Assembly (NCBI GenBank): GCA_029856125.1 | Contig: JAHQWJ010000009.1 | Location: 1-64,000, forward strand | Origin: Promethearchaeia archaeon | GTDB lineage: Archaea; Asgardarchaeota; Lokiarchaeia; Sigyniarchaeales; SOKP01 | Direction of reading: 5' to 3' | Length of the DNA: 64,000 nt | In this document: positions 58,031 through 64,000 of the stretch, piece after piece | How the letters are laid out: the number at the start of each line of letters is the position of its first letter | How positions within the stretch are numbered: the first letter of the stretch is position 1 | Notes under the pieces: generated by a model | Told to the model about the DNA's origin: nothing | Databases searched by the model: none | What the model saw: the letters and a program-made list of their open reading frames with translations, nothing else | Program-made: the position numbers and the translations under genes

Positions 58031-60496
58031 TTAATCTTCACATACAGGTGAAAAAATTGGCTCGTCCATACCAGGCTCAACATTCATTTCAATCTGGTTT
58101 AATTGAACTAACCTTAAAGCTTCGTATCTCACTTTTTTTGCTTCTAAATCTAAAATTTCAGAAATTTTACTAATAGTGGCAGATCCTATGCGTGTGATAT
58201 AATTTAAGACTTCTTGTCTAGGTGTTTTATTTAGTAATTTTAATTCTCTTTTTGACTTCAGATTGATTGCTTTCTGTAATTCTTCTTCGTTAACGCTTCC
58301 TTCTTCAAATAAACCTTTTTTAATACCGTTTTCAATTATATCCTTTCCTCTATCTGTCCATGCTACAACCGTAGTAAATCCTTCTTTAGAGCCTACTTCA
58401 CCAGCTGTAAAGTCCGAATAAATTGCAGGAAAATCTTGGCAATGCAAACAGTAATGATTACAACTTAAGCAACGCTTCGCTTCTGCTAACGCCATATCTT
58501 CGTTAAATATCGCATCAATTTCATCAAAGTCCCATTTAATATTCTCTGTAGCCATTTCTAACGATTCTGGTTTTAAAGAAAAGTCTTTTGGTGGTTTCTT
58601 CTGTCCAGCGAAAAACATTCTATCTTCTTTATACCTATCAGTTGTAAGATCCTGGCCTAGTAAATAACGATCTATCGAAATGGCAGCTTCTTTTCCGTGA
58701 GCAATTGCTGCGATAGCTACAGCTTTTGAGTTTGCGATAATATCCCCACCAGCAAAAACACTTGGAATGTTTGTTTCAAATGTTATAGGATTGATATCAA
58801 TTTTATTCCGTTCTTTTTTGAGTTTGTTATTAGTAGCTATATCAATCAAATTATAATCAACGGTTTGTCCAACAGCAATGACAATAACATCGATTGGAAT
58901 TTCATAATCAGAGCCTTCAACTTTATTTAGTTGGCGTCTACCAGTCTCGTTACGCTCTCCCCACTTAATTTTGTAACTATTTAATATCAAACCGTCTCCT
59001 TTTCCTTTGGTTATTTTAGTGGTTGAGGTTCCAAAATGGTACTCCATGTATTTGTATTCTTCTTCTGGAATCTCTCTTAATGTAAGCTCAAGATCTTTCT
59101 CAGACATAATATCTACAAGGTGTATTTTTTCAGCGCCTAATCTCAGAGCCGTTTGAGCTACATCAACTGCTACGGAACCCCCTCCTATAATACCGACGGT
59201 TTTACCCTTAAATTCTTTTAGGTTTGTCCATTCGCGATATTTCCTATCGATAAGAAAATTTATAGCAACAAATACATTTGGGAGGTCCTCACCTTCTAGA
59301 TGCAATGTAAGGGGTTTATATTGACCTGTTGAGATAAATATTGCTTCAAATCCATCTTCTTTTAAATCTTCAACAGTCATATCAGGACCTAATGGAGTAT
59401 TAAATACAATTTCCACACCAGCATTCTTAATAGTCTCTACATCGTAATCGAGTATGTAATTAGGTAATCGGAATTGAGGCACTCCGAATCTTAACATTCC
59501 ACCCGTTTGATCTGTTTTTTCGAAAATCGTGGGCGAATATCCTTTAAGTGATAGAAAATATCCCGCTGTTAAACCTGCTGGTCCAGAACCTATGATTGCA
59601 ACCTTCTTTCCCAGTTTTTTGATTTTTTGAGCTTTTGTAGCTCTCCCATGTTCAATTTCATATTCAGTAACAAATTTTTTTAATTCTCGAATAGCGACGG
59701 GGTTATCGGATCCTATCAATGAGCATCCATGTTCACATTCGTGCGTACAGATTCTTCCACAAACCGAGGGTAAAGGATTATTTTCACGTACTAATTCCAC
59801 AGCTTCTAAATAATTTCCTTCACGAATTAAAGAAATGTAACCTCGGGCATCAACTCCTGAAGGACATCCACTAGAGCACGGTGAATGAATTAAACCTCTA
59901 TCAGTATATTCAGTTCGAATACTTGAATTACAAAATAAGCCCATTTTAAGGATATCTCTATTCATTTCCTCCTCAAGTTCAGCAGCACCTCTTATTTCAC
60001 AAGGAACACCAATAATTCCTAGAGGTTCGAAATCTTTTCCTGTTTCCTCCACTAATTTTTGTAAAACCCCTGATCGTCCATACACAACCCCAGCTCTTTG
60101 AACAACATCATCAGGGTTGGATACTATACTTGCTTTTGGTAAGTCGTCAACATTTTGTACCATAACGATTTTGGATAGTTCTTTTTCTTTTAAAAGATCC
60201 TGTGCAATAGTAGTTACAAATCCACCGCTGCTTGCTCTTGCTAAAATTTCGGAGTTATTACTTCTTAAGGAATAGATTCCTTTTAGTTGTATTTCTTTGA
60301 ATTTTTTCTGGATTACTTGCGGACAATTTTCGTAGCATTTTCCGCATTTTTGTCCGTCTCTTTCTAAAATACAATAATCTTTTAATATCGGACGCAATGT
60401 TTCCATTTCTACATGCTTGCAATATCCTACACACAGACCACAGCCCTGACATAAACCAGCGTCAATAACTTCACTTTTTAATAGTTCGAAACTCAT
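58031..60496 (-). CDS. FrhB-family protein with a GltD-like FAD/NAD(P) module inserted internally and a C-terminal wHTH
   Basis: N: CQGCGLCVGYC, SSGGFVT, GVPCE, GLFC; middle: PCSSGCP, CGRICTHECE, GSGPAG, FAGGD, EAKRCLSC; C: CLHCQDF..YSDFTAGEVGS..GFTTVV..TDRG. Confidence 0.85.
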   Translation of the reverse strand: MSFELLKSEVIDAGLCQGCGLCVGYCKHVEMETLRPILKDYCILERDGQKCGKCYENCPQVIQKKFKEIQLKGIYSLRSNNSEILARASSGGFVTTIAQDLLKEKELSKIVMVQNVDDLPKASIVSNPDDVVQRAGVVYGRSGVLQKLVEETGKDFEPLGIIGVPCEIRGAAELEEEMNRDILKMGLFCNSSIRTEYTDRGLIHSPCSSGCPSGVDARGYISLIREGNYLEAVELVRENNPLPSVCGRICTHECEHGCSLIGSDNPVAIRELKKFVTEYEIEHGRATKAQKIKKLGKKVAIIGSGPAGLTAGYFLSLKGYSPTIFEKTDQTGGMLRFGVPQFRLPNYILDYDVETIKNAGVEIVFNTPLGPDMTVEDLKEDGFEAIFISTGQYKPLTLHLEGEDLPNVFVAINFLIDRKYREWTNLKEFKGKTVGIIGGGSVAVDVAQTALRLGAEKIHLVDIMSEKDLELTLREIPEEEYKYMEYHFGTSTTKITKGKGDGLILNSYKIKWGERNETGRRQLNKVEGSDYEIPIDVIVIAVGQTVDYNLIDIATNNKLKKERNKIDINPITFETNIPSVFAGGDIIANSKAVAIAAIAHGKEAAISIDRYLLGQDLTTDRYKEDRMFFAGQKKPPKDFSLKPESLEMATENIKWDFDEIDAIFNEDMALAEAKRCLSCNHYCLHCQDFPAIYSDFTAGEVGSKEGFTTVVAWTDRGKDIIENGIKKGLFEEGSVNEEELQKAINLKSKRELKLLNKTPRQEVLNYITRIGSATISKISEILDLEAKKVRYEALRLVQLNQIEMNVEPGMDEPIFSPVCED

Positions 60497-61734
60497 AATA
60501 ATCCCTCGTTAATTTTAAATTCTGTTATAATGCCATCTGGATTAATGGCATATTTTATCGCACCATTTTTGTAGTTTCCTTCCACTACATCAAAAACTTG
60601 TGCTTTATATTCGTTAAAATCATCGTTAGTATCGATAATTGACTTAAACCCACCAAAAAATATGTTTGATAAGTTCATATTACCCGCAACAAATCGGATT
60701 TTATCCGTAATTTCTTTATATTTTGTTGAATCTTCGTTATTAATAGCGATTTGTAAATCTTTTTCTAGTTGTAGGAGTTCGTTCCGGTATTTTTTTGTCT
60801 GTTCGCTTACTTCTATTTGATTTGCTTCCTCATAGGATTTGATGAATTTAAGCGTTAAAGATACCGACTTGGCGCCACCTAAAAGTCCTGTTATCAAAGG
60901 TACTTCCTCTATTAGCCTACCAATAAAAATATCTTCTAATAAAGTTCCTGAAGAAGGGATTCTACCTTTTGGTAAACCAGAAGTAGGTAATGTAAATCTG
61001 AAAAAATTTCCAACGATATCAGGTAAACTGTCTGTTAGATCGTCGTCATCGTCGCCTAACTTGTCAGTTGCTCCTTTCACTGAGTGTTCCGTTGCAATTT
61101 CAATGTTCCCAGCTAAAGTACCGAATAATGCTAACATACGAATTCCAGAACGATCTATGCTTGGTTTACAACCTCTACAAGGAGTGTTGTAATCGATACA
61201 CTTCTCTTTGCATTCAGTTGAAGTAAAGCCACTGCACAGAAAACCTAGGTCGTTAAAACAAGTTTCAGAATCTTCCATTTCAATTTGTCTATGAATTTCT
61301 TCTAAATAATCACAAGTTGCTTTTCTTGAGCAAACTTGACATAAGCTTTTTAATTTTGGAACATCTGTTCCATCAATCGCTAATTTTAATTCTTCAATTT
61401 CGCCTAAACATCCATATACGCTACTTGAAGCTTCAATTAAGTTTGATATTGGCATTATATCGTGTCCTTTTTGATTTGCTAAAGCAAATAATCCACCTGT
61501 AACCGTGCAATCTCCATAAGCAATAACCCTATCTGAGTTGTTTTTAATTATTTCTAATTGTTTCAAATCATTAGGGAGTAAATAGCCTGTAATAACCGAT
61601 ATGTCAACCTTTTTTTCTTTCCAAGCCTTAGGATCAGAAATAAATTCCACTTTATATAAAGAGTTTTCTTTAAGTAATAAAGCCTCATTGAAGCACTTTT
61701 TACATCCGTTAAATTGGAATACCTTAACATCCAT
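60493..61734 (-). CDS. MvhG-like (NiFe hydrogenase small-subunit fold) Fe-S protein with long C-terminal extension
   Basis: GCKKC, IAYGDCTVTGG, YGC, CQVC, CFNDLGFLCSG, PCRGC. Confidence 0.78.
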   Translation of the reverse strand: MDVKVFQFNGCKKCFNEALLLKENSLYKVEFISDPKAWKEKKVDISVITGYLLPNDLKQLEIIKNNSDRVIAYGDCTVTGGLFALANQKGHDIMPISNLIEASSSVYGCLGEIEELKLAIDGTDVPKLKSLCQVCSRKATCDYLEEIHRQIEMEDSETCFNDLGFLCSGFTSTECKEKCIDYNTPCRGCKPSIDRSGIRMLALFGTLAGNIEIATEHSVKGATDKLGDDDDDLTDSLPDIVGNFFRFTLPTSGLPKGRIPSSGTLLEDIFIGRLIEEVPLITGLLGGAKSVSLTLKFIKSYEEANQIEVSEQTKKYRNELLQLEKDLQIAINNEDSTKYKEITDKIRFVAGNMNLSNIFFGGFKSIIDTNDDFNEYKAQVFDVVEGNYKNGAIKYAINPDGIITEFKINEGLL

Positions 61735-62179
61735 CTTTTATCGTCCCCTTTTCTGTAATTGCAGTTGTTAATCGATCTATGATATCTTCGAAATCACCAA
61801 CAGCAGTTTCACCTTCCGCAGCTCGTGAAGTGTATTGATTTACAAATTGATCGCTATAGCCTAACTCTTTGAAGACCTTTTTCATCATTTTTATTCTGTG
61901 CATCGAAATTACGTTGCCATTAAAAAAATGACACGCACCTAAACAACATCCAACACAAGCAACAGCGTCCGCACCGTTATTTAGCGCTTCCATGATCTGA
62001 ATCGGTCCAATTTGACCCGTGCATTGTACTCTAATTATTCTAATTGCAGCATCGTACGACATACGAGCGACACCCGCAGTGTTTGCTGAGCCTTGACCAC
62101 ACTCGTTACACATGAAGACAACAATATTCTGAATCCTCTCTTGAATATATTCATTAGTAGTTTCGCAATTTTCACTCAT
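61724..62179 (-). CDS. mvhD: Methyl-viologen-reducing hydrogenase delta subunit (2Fe-2S)
   Basis: FMCNEC, IRIIRVQCTG, GAD, GCCLGACHF..GN; ATGA overlap with the hdrA stop. Confidence 0.88.
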   Translation of the reverse strand: MSENCETTNEYIQERIQNIVVFMCNECGQGSANTAGVARMSYDAAIRIIRVQCTGQIGPIQIMEALNNGADAVACVGCCLGACHFFNGNVISMHRIKMMKKVFKELGYSDQFVNQYTSRAAEGETAVGDFEDIIDRLTTAITEKGTIKDGC

Positions 62180-64000
62180 TCGCACACAGCACCTCCACCT
62201 GATACGGCAATAATTTCATCGTATAGTTGATTGTCTGTGAAATTAATCAATTGAATTGCGCTTGTTGGACAACTTGGCATACACATACCGCACGACCTGC
62301 ACGCTATTTTGTTAACAGTAGGTCTCCCGTTTTCGTCAATATCAATAGCGGCTGGTGCACAAATCGTTTTGCAAATTCCGCAATTAACACATAAATCGTA
62401 ATCTATTGAAGGTACCAACATTTCCTTTTCTATGTAGCCTTTAACTAATGGTGCAGCGGCTAAAGCGGCAGCACTACCCGCGTGAGCTACGGTCTCTGAA
62501 ATATCTTTTGGTCCCTGAATCGCTCCCGCTAAGAAAATTCCTCCCTTGCTACTCAACGTAGGGTTCATCTTAATGTGAAACTCTTTTAAGAAACCTTCCT
62601 TGGAACGTAAAACTTTTAGTTTAGAACCGAGAGGTCCAATGCCTTCTGGAGGAACCATAGCGGCTGACAACACTATCAAATCAGCTTTTAATTGCAAAGG
62701 CGTCATACTCAAAGTGTCTTCTACAATAACTTTTAACTCTCCACTTATAGGATCCTTAATAATTTCTGAAGGTCTTCCGCGGATGAATCTGACTCCAACT
62801 TCTTGAGTCGATTTATACATTTCTTCGAAATTTAATCCTGGAGTTCGTATGTCTATATAACAAATCGTCACATCGGTGTCAGGATACATTTCCTTGACTA
62901 TTCGAGCGTTTTTTATCGCAAATTTGCAGCATACACCCGTACAATACTGATTACCAACTTGATCATTTCTACTTCCAACACATTGAATCATTACAATGCT
63001 TTTGGGAAATTTTCCGTCAGAAGGTCGCAATACTTCGCTACTAGTCAAAGAAGTTGGTGATAACATTCTTTCCAATTTCAATTGAGTAATAACATCTTCG
63101 TATCCATCTTGTCCATAGTGATAGGGTTCAATTTCCGTAGGATCGTATTCACTATAACCAGCGGCAACTATAATTGAACCAACTTTAACCTTTTTAGTCT
63201 CAGGTTGCATAGAAAAATCAATCGCTTGGACTGGGCATATGTTAATACATGTATTACACTCAATACAAGCCTTTTTGTCCCTTACGAATGTAGCGGGAAT
63301 TGCTTGAGGATACGCTTTATAAATAGCGTTCCGCATAGACATTCCTTTATCCCATTCACTAGGAACTTCTACTGGGCAGTGTAAGGAGCACTCGCCACAA
63401 GAAGTACAATTATCTTTAACATAGCGAGGCTTAATTTCGATTTCAACTTCAAAATTTCCTAGCGATCCATCAATGCTTCTAATTTGAGCATTTGTATAAA
63501 GCTCAATGAGCGGATGATTCGCAACTCCATTAGTTAAAGGCGATATCGAACATTGTGGACATTCAAGAGTGGGAAATGTTTTATTCAATTGTGTCATGTG
63601 CCCACCAATTGTAGAATTTTTCTCTACTAAAAACACTGGTATACCTAATTCTGCCAAATCATTAGAAGATCTAAGACCAGCGATACCCGCACCAATAACT
63701 AATGCAGCTTTAGTGGTCGAAATTCGCCTGGTTTCTACGTCTTCAAGTTTTCGAGCTCGATTTACTCCAGCTTCGACCAATCGAAGTGCTTTTGCAGTAG
63801 CTTTTGCTTCGTCTTTTTTATGAACCCAACTACAATATTCTCGAACATTGACTTGTTGGTGTTTGTGTTTATTAATGCCCTCTTCAGCAATGGCTTTCGC
63901 AAAAGTCTTACCGTGTTGATTTTTAGAACAACTTGCTACCACAGTTCTATTAACTCCTAATTCTTTAATTGAATCCTTTACCATTTGAACTCCTGGCTTT
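62176..64000 (-). CDS. hdrA: Heterodisulfide reductase subunit A, 5' end beyond the window
   Basis: Frame open to the edge (KPGVQMVKD...); VVASCS, NVREYCSWVH, GAGIAG, KTFPTLEC, QCVGSR, YIDIRT, QGPKDI, C-terminal 2x4Fe-4S. Confidence 0.95.
   Translation of the reverse strand, partial: KPGVQMVKDSIKELGVNRTVVASCSKNQHGKTFAKAIAEEGINKHKHQQVNVREYCSWVHKKDEAKATAKALRLVEAGVNRARKLEDVETRRISTTKAALVIGAGIAGLRSSNDLAELGIPVFLVEKNSTIGGHMTQLNKTFPTLECPQCSISPLTNGVANHPLIELYTNAQIRSIDGSLGNFEVEIEIKPRYVKDNCTSCGECSLHCPVEVPSEWDKGMSMRNAIYKAYPQAIPATFVRDKKACIECNTCINICPVQAIDFSMQPETKKVKVGSIIVAAGYSEYDPTEIEPYHYGQDGYEDVITQLKLERMLSPTSLTSSEVLRPSDGKFPKSIVMIQCVGSRNDQVGNQYCTGVCCKFAIKNARIVKEMYPDTDVTICYIDIRTPGLNFEEMYKSTQEVGVRFIRGRPSEIIKDPISGELKVIVEDTLSMTPLQLKADLIVLSAAMVPPEGIGPLGSKLKVLRSKEGFLKEFHIKMNPTLSSKGGIFLAGAIQGPKDISETVAHAGSAAALAAAPLVKGYIEKEMLVPSIDYDLCVNCGICKTICAPAAIDIDENGRPTVNKIACRSCGMCMPSCPTSAIQLINFTDNQLYDEIIAVSGGGAVCE

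Noticed and set aside
2728-63823. Numerous short antisense or alternate-frame ORFs in the track (e.g. 3354-3716, 5028-5516, 9762-10085, 36556-36861, 43626-43934, 60839-61192)
   Set aside because: They overlap well-supported genes and carry no motifs; treated as shadow ORFs
61724-64000. Possible selenocysteine (in-frame TGA) in HdrA/MvhD, known Lokiarchaeal selenoprotein families; FwdB was also checked
   Set aside because: The visible frames are open with Cys codons at the relevant motifs, so no read-through is needed

Overview
AT-rich archaeal chromosomal DNA, most consistent with an Asgard archaeon of the Lokiarchaeia type. The inference rests on two roadblock/LC7 proteins, a longin-like protein, a HEAT+LRR protein, a surface protein with a Loki-CTERM-like tail (IPGYD+TM+basic) and GGTGA/GGTAA ribosome-binding sites. 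I saw no rRNA, tRNA, CRISPR array or intact mobile element. Main contents, left to right: a truncated FrhB-family gene; a degenerate fwdG-B-D-A cluster whose catalytic and pterin-binding motifs are substituted; a NifB/NifX (x4)-MinD/4Fe-4S (x2)-Mrp-DUF5320-IscU-radical SAM cluster that shares a 16-bp palindrome (ATGAATnATnATTCAT) with a distant OsmC gene; an orphan glycyl-radical enzyme with a polyferredoxin; housekeeping and metabolic genes including metG; a vWA + double-RING protein that closely follows eukaryotic TFIIH p44/Ssl1; a divergent RtcB-like protein; large surface proteins. At the right end is a coupled hdrA-mvhD-mvhG-like-(FrhB with a GltD module inserted inside it)-tusA operon, the best candidate for an undescribed flavin-based electron-bifurcating system. 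Three genes appear to use non-canonical start codons 6 nt after the SD. All family calls come from motif recognition by eye; no database searches were run.
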